A stretch of DNA of 64,000 bases from Octopus vulgaris (GCA_951406725.2 OX597825.1:11718001-11782000); one strand, 5' to 3'. Numbered from the stretch's first letter, positions 39,593 to 52,704 are shown. The notes: generated from the sequence alone by a model not told the origin. Numbers and translations: made by a program.

Positions 39593-39842
39593 GTGGAGGC
39601 GCGTGGCTTAGGGGTTAGGGTGTCAGTATCATGATCGTAACATTGTGGTTTCGATTCCTGGACTGGGTGACGTGTTGTGTTCTTGAGCAAAACACTTCAT
39701 TTCACATTGCTCCAGTCCACTCAGCTGGCAAAAAGGAGTAACGCTGCGAATGACCGGCGTGCCGTCTATCTGGGGAACTCATACGCCATAGAAACCGGGT
39801 AACCGGGCCCATGAGCCTGGATAGGTTTCAAAAATGGCGCAT
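39593..39842 (+). mobile_element. SINE (head H1 + tail T1)
   Basis: GTGGAGGCGCGTGGCTTAG..GTTTCGATTCC..TGCTCCAGTCCACTCAGCTGGCAAAAA, then AAACCGGGTAACCGGGCCCATGAGCCTGG. Confidence 0.85.
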
Positions 39843-40079
39843 TTAGTATTTATGTATGTATGTGTGTATGTATATATGTATGTATGTATCTATCTATATA
39901 TCTTTCAATACATACACACATACATGCATGCATACATACATAAATACATCCCAACATACATACATACATGATGAGGCTCACCAACGTTTTAACTATTTGC
40001 AGCTATGGTTTACTATCTTGAATTAACGACAAGCAGGTAGGCCATTGCGATTTTCTTACACGTTCATTACAAAAATTAT

Positions 40080-40275
40080 ATTCTTTCATTCTTTTCGTCA
40101 TTTAAATGCAGTCCATGCTGCCTTTAGTCGAACAAATCGATCCCAGGACTTATACTCTGTAAGCCTAGTACTTATTCTATCGTTCACTTATGCCGAATCG
40201 CTAAGTTACGGGAACTTAAACAGACCAATGTCGGTTGTCAAGTGATGGCAGAGGGACAAATACAGACACACAAAT
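40080..40275 (-). mobile_element. SINE family B, 3' half, diverged
   Basis: CCTTTAGTCGAACAAATCGATCCCAGGACTTAT..CGCTAAGTTACGGG. Confidence 0.8.
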
Positions 40276-40334
40276 CAATACTTACAGACACCTGTATATA
40301 TTTATCATTATTTAATTGAACGCGAGGCATCAAT

Positions 40335-40375
<41 letters not shown>

Positions 40376-40379
<4 letters not shown>

Positions 40380-40911
40380 TTAGATAAAACTTAGATATGT
40401 TTCGACCAGAGATTGGTCCAGGCCATGTCTAACTTAATAGCACCACCTGATAGGATTATTCGAATCCTGTTTAAGTCAAGTTTTGTTCAAGTAGTGAGTT
40501 CTTGTTGGGTGAGTTGTGTCCAGTTTTGTTCAAGTAGTGAGTTCTTGTTGGGTGAGTTGTATCCAATTATGGGTGGCTTGTCTGGTATTCTTTGAAGGAA
40601 TCTATCCAGACTCTGTTTGAAGTTGATGGGATCCTTTTCCTCTTTGATCTCCCTCGGGACAATGTTAAATAGGGCAGGGCCTGTTGAGGAAAAGAAATTA
40701 TGTTGCAGTGTACATGTATGTTGTGATCTTGAATTTGGCAGGGGACGTATAGCCCGTGGTCCAAGTCTCGGATGAACCTTGAAGCTAATGTTTAGGTCGT
40801 TTGGGCAAAGTTGGCAGTATATTTTCCACATCGTACAAATGATGTACCGCTCACGGCGACGCTGGAGGGAGTAAAGTTTCAAGGCTTTAAGGCGATCCCA
40901 ATAGTCGAGAG

Positions 40912-40914
<3 letters not shown>
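40376..40914 (-). pseudogene. 5'-truncated LINE (CR1/L2-group, Proto2-like): ORF2 end plus 3' UTR, inserted in (TA)n
   Basis: Open frame DYWDRLKALKLYSLQRRRERYIICTMWKI..GPALFNIVPREIK..FKQSLDRFLQRIPDKP; 3' end (TCTAAGTTTTA)x2; (TA)n on both sides. Confidence 0.88.
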
Positions 40915-40948
<34 letters not shown>

Positions 40949-41812
40949 GATTCTTCCAGCTCGCCGTCTTATATTCCGATCGAATATTCAAAATATTAAA
41001 TATTATGTATCCTATTTTCTTTCGGCATTATGTGCATTTGAATACTTTGTAGTGTATATCCGACAGCGGAATGAAACCAGAAAGCTATTTCATGTATATA
41101 TTAAAATCATAACATTATATATTACATAATCTTTACACCTGTTTCGCAACCGAATACACGTTTGTCTAACACAGACGCACACACAAACATATAAGTTGTA
41201 TGTATATGTATGAGCATCTGTATGTGTGTGTGTGTGCGTTTGTCTATAAGTGTATAAAAACAATATGCATATGTACTTCTTCATGTTCGTGTTTTAGAAT
41301 GGGTGTATTTCGATATATGCAATTTTTAATATTGATTATTGGAAATCTATATGGACATTAGTTTATTGAGTTTGATTAAGACTGAAAATCATTTTTAGCA
41401 CACATTCCTCATACGAAATACATCTGTAAATATCAAATAGTAGTTATGTTTCTAGTTATTTTGTCATGTTATCATTTCTATATTCCTCAAAGGACACTGA
41501 TTGAATTCATCGACTTGTAGACTTTTTTTTTTATACTTAAATATTCACGTAAGTCTAGAATCACACATGTCTTAACACTCAAGTTTTGTTTTTATGAAAT
41601 ATGTACATATATAATTAAATATTTATAGCGTTGAATATTAATAATGGTTTTATGTCCTTAGGAGACATGTTTATTTTGGGGGGACGGTATCGCTTCTTTT
41701 ATTTCCAAATGTGAACGTTGTTCATCCAAGGTCAAATAGATTGAGGAGAATCTTCAACAGCCAGACATCACCATCCTACGATTAGTTTTGACATATATAT
41801 TACGACTGCATG

Positions 41813-42030
41813 GTGGAGTCGCAATGGCACAGTCGTTCGTGCAGCGGACTCGTAGTCGTAGGATCGCGGTTTCGATTCCCAGACTGCGCATTGTGAGTGT
41901 TTATTGAGCAAAAACACTTAAAGCTTCACGATGCTCCGGCAGTGGGTGGGGGTGGCGACCTGCTGTACTCTTTCACCGCAACTTTCCCTCTTTCTTCCTG
42001 TTTCTGTTGTACCTGAATTTGAAAGGGCTA
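41813..42030 (+). mobile_element. SINE head H2 with start of tail T2
   Basis: GCAGCGGACTCG..GGATCGCGGTTTCGATTCCCAGAC..GTTTATTGAGCAAAAACAC. Confidence 0.8.
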
Positions 42031-43318
42031 GCTCACTTTCCAAAATTTCAGGCTTCGATCCTAGTGTAGGAAGAGTTTATTTTATGAGATGTCAATGTCG
42101 GTGAAATAGCACAGACGGTAGCGTCGGCCAAAATGTTTAGCGACATTTCTTTCGACTATTTATGTTCTGAGATCAAATCGCATTCAGGTCAACTTTGTCT
42201 TACTGCCTTTAGTGGATATTGAGTTCAATGTAATCGATTCCCCTCACAACTTTTCCTATTAAAATTATTGACCCTGAGAAAAAAATTATGCTTGATCCAT
42301 TTGCAATATGTAACTGAAAAGAGGCTACTACACGTAAATCTTTCTCATACCAACGTTTTATCTGTTAAATATGATAATTTTTATTTCTGTTTGCTTATAA
42401 TATTTCGAAGTGTTCGTGCTACAAACCTTGCTTCATTATCTCGTTTCAGTTTACCTTTTTTTTCTGTTATTCCTATATATATTTTTAAAACTTACATTTG
42501 CATTATCCCGTAACTGTGACTTTCACTCAGGAGACAAACAGGGAATGTACCGCAACTTAATATTTTCGTAAACTGAATTAATATATTCATATGTACGTTT
42601 GTGTGTGTGTGTGTATCTGTGGACTTTCTTTAGAATAAACCCCTTTAGATGTTAGAATGTATAAATTTATGAGATGAAGAACCATTAACACTAAGAATGC
42701 TATCTCGACACCAAAACATTAAATTTTCATCAACTAATAACACTTTTTCAAGAAAGTAATTTTTGTTATGGAGCCAATTCGTTTATAAGAGAAATATGCT
42801 ATATTCTCACAATAATTAAACAAAGAAACAAATTTTGGTATGTTTATTGAAGTGAAAATGAGAAAACATGTTCATTAACATTTAATTTGTCCAATACTTT
42901 ATATATTGTTTTCACTTTCACATATAAATATTTTCATATAACGAAAGACGAATGCTTCGTAATATATCTGTGGTTTTATGCGTCGTAATTTCATAGATCA
43001 AAGTTCAATTCTTTCCAACGGCTAACTCACACAATAATTTAATTTTGGGTAGTTTTGAATATTATGGTAGTTTTACCAAAAATACGGCAAATATTTTGTT
43101 GAGATCAAAGTGTAATGGTTAATTCATTTTTCCCTTTCAACTTCGCAAAACATTTACACTGCTATCTGATTACTGCACAGTTGCTTCTTAGTCAATGCCG
43201 GAATATCTTAACCAATAGGCATTTAAGTACATCACTAGCAACGAGCAAATTTGATTTTTCATGTGGAGAAGGCAACCGAATTTTCTTACTAAATATCAAA
43301 CATCAAATCTCGTAAACA

Positions 43319-43370
<52 letters not shown>

Positions 43371-43589
43371 CACATACACACACACACAATCTCTCTCTCT
43401 CTCTGTCTCACATACACACACACATACACACACACAGTACTTTTTACGGTTTCTCCGAACATACTAATCATTTTATATGTCATGTCTATATCAAGCATAC
43501 ACTCACATGATGTGCTTGTAAACGAGTGTACGTTAGCGTTTTATGTGTGTATGTATGGATGTATGGATGTACGTATGTCTGTCGGTTTG

Positions 43590-44170
43590 TCAAGGCTTCT
43601 TCACTGCAATTTCAACATCAACAAGAAGTTATTTTTGTTTGTATGTATGCATATGAGCAAATTTATATGCTTTGTTTTTATGTATGTATTCTCATGTATA
43701 TAATTGCATATCTAGACATGCTCATATATATTTGAATGACAAACTTCGGGAAATTTTACAGATTTTTACATTTCCAGTGATGGACTGGATCTGATTTTGA
43801 GAAGCCTAATTTCTCAAGATTGTTATTTAGGCAGTGCCCCAGTAATTAGTTATAAACATGAACTTATAGTGTGGATAGAGTAACTGCAGATATCTCAATA
43901 GTTCAGCTTAGGTGTCCTCTTTTCCCCTGATTTTCAGTTTTACGCTAACATCCGCTGGGCAGCTAAATTTCACGACTCTGCACAGTTTCCTTTCTCTATT
44001 CCAAATCATTATATCAAATCTGTTGCGCTTCCGTTTTATTGAAGTCTCCTCTGGGAAATTCCACCAGCACTCCTTTTTATTATGAGAGGCTATGGCTTCT
44101 ACCATACTGTGGTTTCTTATTTCCTTGCCCTCAGGATTATCCTTCCGACGGATTTCATTATAGAGTGTCT
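43590..44170 (-). pseudogene. 3' end of a non-LTR retrotransposon with a restriction-like endonuclease (R4/NeSL/CRE-type)
   Basis: KTLYNEIRRK..CWWNFP..KRNRFDIMIWNRERKLCRVVKFSCPADVSVKLKIRGKEDT*AELLRYLQLLYPHYKF matches the NRPD..(D/E)..CP..K..KY pattern of RLE domains. Confidence 0.8.
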
Positions 44171-44532
44171 TGAGAGGGTCATTACCCTAATAATAATAAT
44201 AAACACAGGCACTGGTTTACTGTTACTTATTTATCGCTTCAAACAGACAAGCGTTTGATCGTTTAAAGAATACATTAAACGAGCGACCAATTAGTTAATT
44301 GGTTAGATATTTAACCGATTGAGCAACAATAAAGAAGTAATATCGAACATGTGCCTGTGTTTATTATTATTAGCATAACGACCCTCTCAAGACAATAAAA
44401 GATCTGTTTCAACACACGGATTCAGATCAGGAATCTTGCAATCCAATTACGGAAGCGAAATTAGAAAAATAAGCTATAAATCAACGTGCCATTGTTAGTT
44501 ACCCACTTGTTTTGAAATATATTCGCGCCTAA

Positions 44533-44533
<1 letters not shown>
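44166..44533. mobile_element. Foldback element with structured core and shared terminal motif
   Basis: TGTCTTGAGAGGGTC..TAATAATAAACACAGGCAC vs GTGCCTGTGTTTATTATTA..GACCCTCTCAAGACA (44166-44394), then ATCTGTTTCAACACACG as at 8198. Confidence 0.65.
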
Positions 44534-44607
<74 letters not shown>

Positions 44608-44609
<2 letters not shown>

Positions 44610-44796
44610 CGCAGGAGTGGCTGTGTATATAGGCGCAGGAGTGGCTGTGTGGTAAGCAGCTTGCTAACTAACCACATGGTTCAGGGTTCAGTCCCACTGC
44701 GTGGCATCTTGGGAAAGTGTCTTCTACTATAGCCTCGGGCCGACCAAAGCCTTGTGAGTGGATTTGGTAGACGGAAACTGAAAGAAGCCTGTCGTA

Positions 44797-44866
<70 letters not shown>

Positions 44867-45080
44867 TGCGTGTATGTTTGTGTGTCTGTGTTTGCCCCCC
44901 TAGCATTGCTTGACAATTGATGCTGGTGTGTTTATGTCCCCGTTACTTAGCGGTTCGGCAAAAGCGACCGATAGAATAAGTACTGGGCTTACAAAGAATA
45001 AGTCCCTGTGTTGAGTTGCTCGACCAAAGGCGGTGCTCCAGCATGGCCACAGTCAACTGACTGAAACAAGTTAAAGAGTA
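44608..45080 (+). mobile_element. SINE family B, full length, first ~19 nt duplicated
   Basis: GGCGCAGGAGTGGCTGTGT at 44608 and 44632; near-consensus body and tail. Confidence 0.92.
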
Positions 45081-45481
45081 TATATATATTTAATGCGGAA
45101 TTATATCTAATGCGTAAGTAGAGATGTTTATACAAGCAGGTATGTGATCCTTATACAAACCCATTGAATTACTTGTCAACTTCTCTAATGCAAATAATTA
45201 CGTTGACAAATTTCATAATTTAAATATGCCTAAGTGTCATTCTACTGACATGTAAAAACATATTTATACTTGAATAATAGGGAGGTAATTAGATAACTGT
45301 TTAATTATTAATAGCTATATTATGACATAGAATTACCTGTTATTTTTTCGGAGTACACATATATATATATTTCGCATGTCCAAACATGCCGTTGAATCCT
45401 TATGCATATACAATATGAAGGATTTAAAGGGACTTCTTTGTGCTGGTTTAAAAGTGAGTTTTACCCTAATAATACATTTAA

Positions 45482-45897
45482 GGCGGCGAGCTGGCAGAAA
45501 CGTTAGCACGCCGGACGAAATGCTTTGCGGTATTTCGTCTGCGTTACGTTGTGAGTTCAAATTCCGCCGAGGTCGACTTTGCCTTTCATCCTTTCGGGGT
45601 CGATAAATTAAGTACCAGTTACGCACTGGGGTCGATGTAATCGACTTAATACCTATGTCTGTCCTTGTTTGTCTCCTCTATGTTTAGCCTCTTGTGGGTA
45701 GTAAATAAATAGGTATTTCGTCTGCCGTTACCTTCTGAGTTCAAATTCCGCCGAGGTCGACTTTGCCTTTCATCCTTTCAGGGTCGATAAATTAAGTTCC
45801 AGTTACGCACTTGGGTCGATTTAATCGACTTAATCCGTTTGTCTGCCCTTGTTTGTCTCTTCTGTGTTTAGCCCCTTGTGGGTAGCAAAGACATAAG
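45482..45897 (+). mobile_element. SINE family A dimer
   Basis: Head plus two bodies joined at GTAAATAAATAGGTATTTCGTCTGCC. Confidence 0.92.
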
Positions 45898-46899
45898 TAT
45901 TTTATATAAATTTAAAGTTATAGAAAAGTATGCGACATTATATCTACAATGTTTCGTTATCGAAAGCATATCTCACTTTGTAGACATCGTAGATGTGAGC
46001 CTATGCACATGGGTATAGATTTATTGGCTTATAGTTTTGTTATATGCATCCTAGTATATGGATGCATATTTATATACCTGTGTGTGTGCATGCCACCGTC
46101 TTTATCCATGTATATATATATGTGTATGTGTGACTGTGTGAGTTTGTATGTTTGTGTGTGCGCGCGTGTGCATTTGTATGTTTGTGTGTGCGTGTGTCAC
46201 TGTGTGTATACATATGTGTTTGTGCGTGATGTGTTTGTAGCCATTTAAATCCCCATATAGCTAACAGAATTGTATTTTGCTTTATTCTCGTCTGTTTCCC
46301 TTCTTATATGTTTTGGCTGTTTTTGTGTCTCTTCGTAAACTTTGATGTCTAGGTTTCAACCTTCGATTTCTCCTTTCTTTTGTGTTTATTTTATGCATTT
46401 CTTGTATTCATTGCGTAATTTCACAAGTTTTTGCTACGTTTTCTTTTAAAAAATCGCTATGTTAAGAATTCTAAACAAATCATTCTGCTCATACAAACAC
46501 AACTTTAAACACAGGTACTCGCAAAACAGCGACAGAAAAAGAACACATTTAAAACAATTTATGTCACCTGTGAAGATAGCTACCTATTTCTTTCGACTTT
46601 AAATGGCTATTAACTATAGAATTTAGATAATATTCAAATCAATACTCTACGACAATGCAGTCCTATAGTAAAATAATCCATTTTTATAGAATTTCATAGA
46701 AATTTTAATTCTTTTTCTTCCTTGATTTAAAGAGCATTTCATATATACCTAATAAACACATATACACATATATTCATTCTTCCATACATACATAATACAT
46801 ATATACGTAAATGCATAAATATATGCACACTATGCTTGCTGTGCATCAGTCTGTCTCAATATCTATACCATTACCGGAAAAGAAGATACCTGGTGGTTG

Positions 46900-47620
46900 T
46901 TCCAAAGCTATTAAATCGAAGAATCACCTGCAAAGTCGCTTGTAGATAGTGCGATCGTATGGCTTTCCTGAGAAACCCTTGTCATTGCGCTCAAGCGATC
47001 TGCAAATGCTGAAGTCCTGATTGCTGGGTGGGGAATGGTAAGTGCTATGCATTCTATCTTGTCTAAGCTTTGGGTTTTGCAAAATGGCAGTGTGTCCTCT
47101 TTCCATGCCGGCAGACTCCTTTTATGTAGAATTTGCAGGTTGCGTTTATGGGTTTAGCTTTAGGTTTGAACTCTGCTTCACTTGTCTTGCGGCTGGTTCC
47201 TCTCGATGAGATGTCACATTGGGAGAGGAAGTTGGGGGTCGCTTCTCTTCAGAGCTTTGGGATTCTTTTTTCCTGCTCCTCTTCACTTTCCACATTACTG
47301 TGATTACCCTCATTGGTGGATATAGTGCTGGTATCTCTGGGCCTCTCGCTTGGGACATCAGTTTTGGTGTTTTTCTCAGGTGAATGAGCATTTTAAAACT
47401 TAAAAATCGTGTCTGACTTCTCCAGATGTGACCTGACGACTTCATAGGATCAGCTGAGTTCTTTCTTTTTTCGTTCTATCTGCGTCTCGGTCCACTTGAA
47501 TACATTGCTTTTCAGGGTTGCAGTAATCCCGTTGCTGGGTGGGTCATTTTCGGCAGCAATCCAAGCCAAGAGGCGGAGGTCTATTTCTGTGTCCTTCCAG
47601 GTCGCCTTCATCACATGTGA
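46900..47620 (-). pseudogene. Decayed LINE ORF1-like frame with CCCH-type zinc-finger remnant
   Basis: Minus strand about 47137-47070 reads CKFYIKGVCRHGKRTHCHFAKPK after a charged low-complexity region; multiple stops; LINE ORF1 assignment is inference. Confidence 0.55.
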
Positions 47621-48120
47621 TTGATTGCCGAGTGCAGAAAAAGGAAGAGGGGGTTTCGATAGGGATATCAAGGAAGAGAGAGAAGTAGGGGAAGTGAAGG
47701 TTAGAAGAGAGTAGAGCAGAAAGGTGCACTAGGAGAGAGAGGAGTAGGGGAAGTGAAGATGAGAAAAGAGTGGAGTTGTGATAGGGGATACCAGGGGAGA
47801 AAGAGGAAGGGGAAGTAGGAGGAGAGAGGAGAGCAGAAGAGCACACTAGGAGAGGGAGGGGGTTAGACCAATAAAGTGAGGAGAGTAAATTGATAGAAGA
47901 GAGGGGGAGCGGCTTTTCTACAACCGTACGGAGTATTGATTGAAGAAAGTTTAGTTGGTTAGCTTATAGAAGTTCAATTTTTTCAAATGTCCGACTATAT
48001 GGGACAAATTTACATTAATAAGCTTATACTATCCAGTATTAATTAGCTTAAAAGGGTTTTTCTTTTGTATTTTTAAAGCCGATTAGTTAATTAATTTATA
48101 TATTTGTATATATGCTTTTC

Positions 48121-48440
48121 GGTGGATTTGCAATGGCCCAGAGGTTAGGGCAGCGGACTCGCGGTCGGAGGATCACGGTTTAGATTCATGGACCGGTCGT
48201 TTTGTGTGTTTATTGAGCGAAAACACCTAAAGCTCCACGAGTTTTCGGCAGGGGGTGATGGCGAGCCCTGTTGTACTCTTTCACTCCAACTTTCTCTCAC
48301 TCTTTCTACCTGTTTCTTGAGTAACGCGGCGATGGACTGGCGTCCCGTCCAGCTGCTGGTGGTAGTGGTGGGTTGACACACACATAGAAATCGGGATACC
48401 GATCTCATGATCCTGGCTAGGCTTGAAAAGGGACCATAAA
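48121..48440 (+). mobile_element. SINE (head H2 + tail T1)
   Basis: GGGCAGCGGACTCGCGGTC..TTTATTGAGCGAAAACACCTAAAGCTCCACGA..GCGATGGACTGGCGTCCCGTCCAG..CCTGGCTAGGCTTGAAAAGGG. Confidence 0.85.
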
Positions 48441-48613
48441 TAAAAATTAAAAAAATATATGTATTTCTCCATTTGAGTCTGTAAGAAAAATAAAATTGAG
48501 AAGAATCGAATCGAAAATGTAAACCAAGCGACCACACTTCAACTTTTCTCAATCAAGTATTGGAATGTGGTGGCTATTCTTATACATATATTGTTACACA
48601 CAAATACTGTTAC

Positions 48614-48644
<31 letters not shown>

Positions 48645-49094
48645 AAATGCAAACACAGCGATCACGCCTCGACTTTTCTCAATCGATTACCGAAATGTGG
48701 TGGTTATTGTTATATATGTATGCAAAATTTACATACACTATTTCTGTTAATCCAGCTTATTTGCTTATTTCTTTTTTCTCCCAAGGGACTCAGATACAAA
48801 ATGTAAACAGAGTAACGCCTACATTCAATATTGCACGTGGAAGAAATTCTTCAGCGAATGTCTGCACATTCGATATCTTTGTGATGTATTGTATTTTATT
48901 CCAATTCTATTTCCCAGCAATATATTGAATTACACTCGATCTGCAGCAGGATTTGGTTGGATTATTCCACTTATTTCGAACGGTTTCAAGCTATCCTATG
49001 GGGAATTTTCTTACAGAATCTCTGTAGGAGATATTGGTACATCTTCAGCGTGTGGAGACCGGAAGAAACACACACACACATGTTTATAAATATG

Positions 49095-49096
<2 letters not shown>

Positions 49097-49176
<80 letters not shown>

Positions 49177-49380
49177 CGTGTAAATATATATATGTATATA
49201 CATATATGTATATATATATGTGCGTATATATATATACATATATATATATATATAATATATATATATATATTATATCATATATATTCATTTATATATATAT
49301 ATATATATATAAATGAATATATATATATATATATATATAATATACATATATATATATAAACACATACATAGACATATACA

Positions 49381-49425
<45 letters not shown>

Positions 49426-49475
49426 TGTATATAAATATATATATATATACACACACGCATTCACACTCACAGACA

Positions 49476-49514
<39 letters not shown>

Positions 49515-49554
49515 CATACATACATACACATATACATACATACATATATATATG

Positions 49555-49615
<61 letters not shown>
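49097..49615. repeat. Interrupted (TA)n-rich microsatellite field
   Basis: Directly visible. Confidence 0.95.
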
Positions 49616-49618
<3 letters not shown>

Positions 49619-50533
49619 CGCGCAGCTTTTAAATAATTTTTCTCAGAAGCCGTGTGAAACCTAGTCTGGCACTACCCATATTATATATACCCAGGGTGAA
49701 TACCAGATGAACGGAAATCGAAACCAAGTAGGTACCAAACGGATTCCATCGCCACAGAGCCATACTACATTGGTATAATTTCACTACTAATGGACTGCAA
49801 TATAATCAATGCGTACCATATCACCTGCTGAGATATGTCAAATTGGTTTGGCATATATTTCTGGCTTTTTAAATTACTTTTCTATTATGTTTATGAAAAT
49901 TGGTTTTTAGCTTTTGTATTTAATATAAGGAATAAAATATCTCTAAAATTTGTTCAATCTCTTGTTGATTTAGATTTTTATCTATTTATTCGAAAGTAGG
50001 TAGATAGAAAATTATACAATTTTGATTTCTATCATACTTCGTGCAAAACTATTTTGACGTTCTTCTGTGCTTCGAAGAGAATCGTTCTCCTCTGTTGATA
50101 CGTAAAATCTCCAAACTCATATTACAAGATTTATTTTATTACTTAAACGTAGGTGAGTTGGTGATCTTTTACTGTGCTTGCGGACTGCTTGTATGTGGAG
50201 AAGAAACAAATAACATCGCTCCTTGTGGTGGAAAAGAAAAAGAAACTTGAATTTAGGCTGCGGAGTAGATTCCATTGAAAGTTGCTGAGAGAGGGAACCC
50301 TAATGAAACAGGCTGAAAAATGAAGTATACCAACGAGAGCCAAGTAAAATCTAAACTGCGGAATTAAACGATAACACACCTGATTGGATGTTGACGATTT
50401 GGAATGGCTAAGTAGACGTTCAACCTGTTTTGGTGATACTATTTTTTCTGCTAGAGAGAAATACACACACACACACCTCACGCGCACCTGACTAAGTGGA
50501 TATACTGATATACTGATATGAAGTAAGAGAGGG

Positions 50534-50836
50534 TGGAGGCATATGGCCTGGTGGTTAGAGCAGCAGACTCACAGTCGAGGGATCGCGGGTTCGAATCTCA
50601 GACCGGGCGATGCGTGTGCTTATGAGCGAAAATACCTAAGCTCCACGCGGCTCCGGCAGAAGGTAATGGCGAATCCCTGCTGACTCTTTCGCCACAGCTT
50701 TCTCTCACTCTTTCTTCCTGCATCTTGCAGCTCACCTGTGACAGACAGGTGTCCCGTCCAGGTGGGGAACCTGTATGCCAAGAAACCGGGAAACCGGCTC
50801 TTACGAGCCAGGCATGGCTGGAGAAGGAAGGAAAGC
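50534..50836 (+). mobile_element. SINE (H2-related head + T1-like tail) with 13-bp TSD
   Basis: B box GGTTCGAATCTC; TSD AAGTAAGAGAGGG at 50521-50533 and 50837-50849. Confidence 0.9.
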
Positions 50837-51583
50837 AAGTAAGAGAGGGGTTGGAAAAAGAAATATTACACTTCATTGAGTGAATACGATTGACATAAAC
50901 ACTCTACTTCGCCTCATGTGCATAAAGCACACGTACTAGAAATATGCTCATTCACTCAGAGAAAATGTGTGTGAGAGAGCGAAGGAGAAAGAGGGAGAAA
51001 AGCTGAGAGAAACATTAAAACAAATCCCAATAACATCTGATGCTAAATATGTCAGCGCATGTCAAAAGAGTTATAGTTCCAATGAGCTTCTGCACAATTA
51101 CTATGGATGCAGTTTCACCTGCGAATCTTTGGTCAACTCAAGATTTTTGGCAAAACAGCATCAATTGCAAATATTGAATATATATAATACAAGATACATT
51201 TTTGGGTAGAAATATTCAAAGGATGTATCCAAATTTAGAATGATTAATCAATTTAAAATCTAGAGAATTATGCACAAACAATAAGTATACATTTAAAATT
51301 CATCACTTGAATAAAGAAATGTAAGAAATAAAATCCCATTGAATTTTAAATATTTTCTAGTGAGAAATATGTAGGCGTTGATGTTAACCAAAAACATTAG
51401 AAACACATTGAATTCAGAAATATTTATCTGACTCTCTACTTTTAGATGGCTTTCTTGTTGAGAATCTCACATTGTAACCATGGTGTATCCTGGTCAGTGC
51501 CAATGCACGGAAATTTGGGCACATATCGTGTGTGGATTAATTGATAGACGAAAATTGTGTGGAAGCTCATTGTGTATAAATAA

Positions 51584-51661
<78 letters not shown>

Positions 51662-52416
51662 GTGTGTGGGTGTATCATTATTGGATATACATCGAATCCT
51701 CTAAGATAAACAACATTTGACAGGTAAGTTTAACTTTTCCCCCCTGCACCAAGTGAAAAACGAACCTCTTTAACAAACTTGCTTATTGCAACCGTAGTCA
51801 CAGACTAGCCAAGCGTGCAACATTCTTTAATGATTTCGTGTAAAAGTTACAGACTAGACTCAAGAGAGACCTGATATTGTCATATGTCTAATTTGCACGC
51901 ACACACACAGAGACACACGCCCGCGCATGAATTATTACATATATGTCTGTCGGTGACTATTCAAAATCAGAATGTCGTAAATTGAAATATTAAAGTTAAA
52001 TGAATGCATAGATTTTCATGAAGGAGACAGATTCAGCGAACTCAATAGAACCAGTAAAATGGAAACGAAATTTTTCATAGAAATAAGTCAAAAACGACTA
52101 AGCTGTCTCCAGTTCATTTGTACATTCCTTACGACACTGTCTCATCATGTTTACTTAATATTACCTGCCAAAAGTTTCATGCTGTAATGATAAAATATAT
52201 TTTACTTAATTACATTATCTATGCGCTTTTCATTTTTTTTCGATTGAATGTTTTCAAAATAAATTCTGCACTATTCATTTAAACAAGACATACGACGTTT
52301 TGCTGATTATTTTTTTCCACAACATTATATAAGTTTTGAAATATTGATATATGTATTTTTTTACAAATAACACAGTGACAAATACTGTATATATATATAT
52401 ATTTTTATTTTTATTT

Positions 52417-52537
52417 TTATTTTAAATACCATAATAAAAAAAGCGAGAAAACCAGACCATGTTTTAAACTTTATTCACCTGATATATTATTCTATACATT
52501 TACACAAATTTGGAATATCTATCTATTTATCTCTCAA

Positions 52538-52580
<43 letters not shown>

Positions 52581-52617
52581 GGTTTTCACGCTTTTTTTAT
52601 TATGGTATTTAAAATAA
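52417..52617. repeat. Inverted repeat, 40-bp arms (1 mismatch) around a (TA)n-containing spacer
   Basis: TTATTTTAAATACCATAATAAAAAAAGCGAGAAAACCAGA vs TCTGGTTTTCACGCTTTTTTTATTATGGTATTTAAAATAA. Confidence 0.9.
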
Positions 52618-52704
52618 ATAAATAAGTTTTTTTACAATTTGAAAGTGTGCTAAAATATTGTATACATATATGTCTCCCACTCCTATATACATACATATGT
52701 ATAC

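Noticed and set aside
40395-40420. GACC/GGTC stem followed by GAAAC at the LINE 3' end
   Set aside because: No upstream CUGAnGA; better explained as the LINE 3' recognition stem-loop
49640-49735. Hammerhead-like fragments (GAAACCTAGTCTGG; CAGATGA..GAAAC..GTA)
   Set aside because: No consistent stem I/II pairing around an intact core
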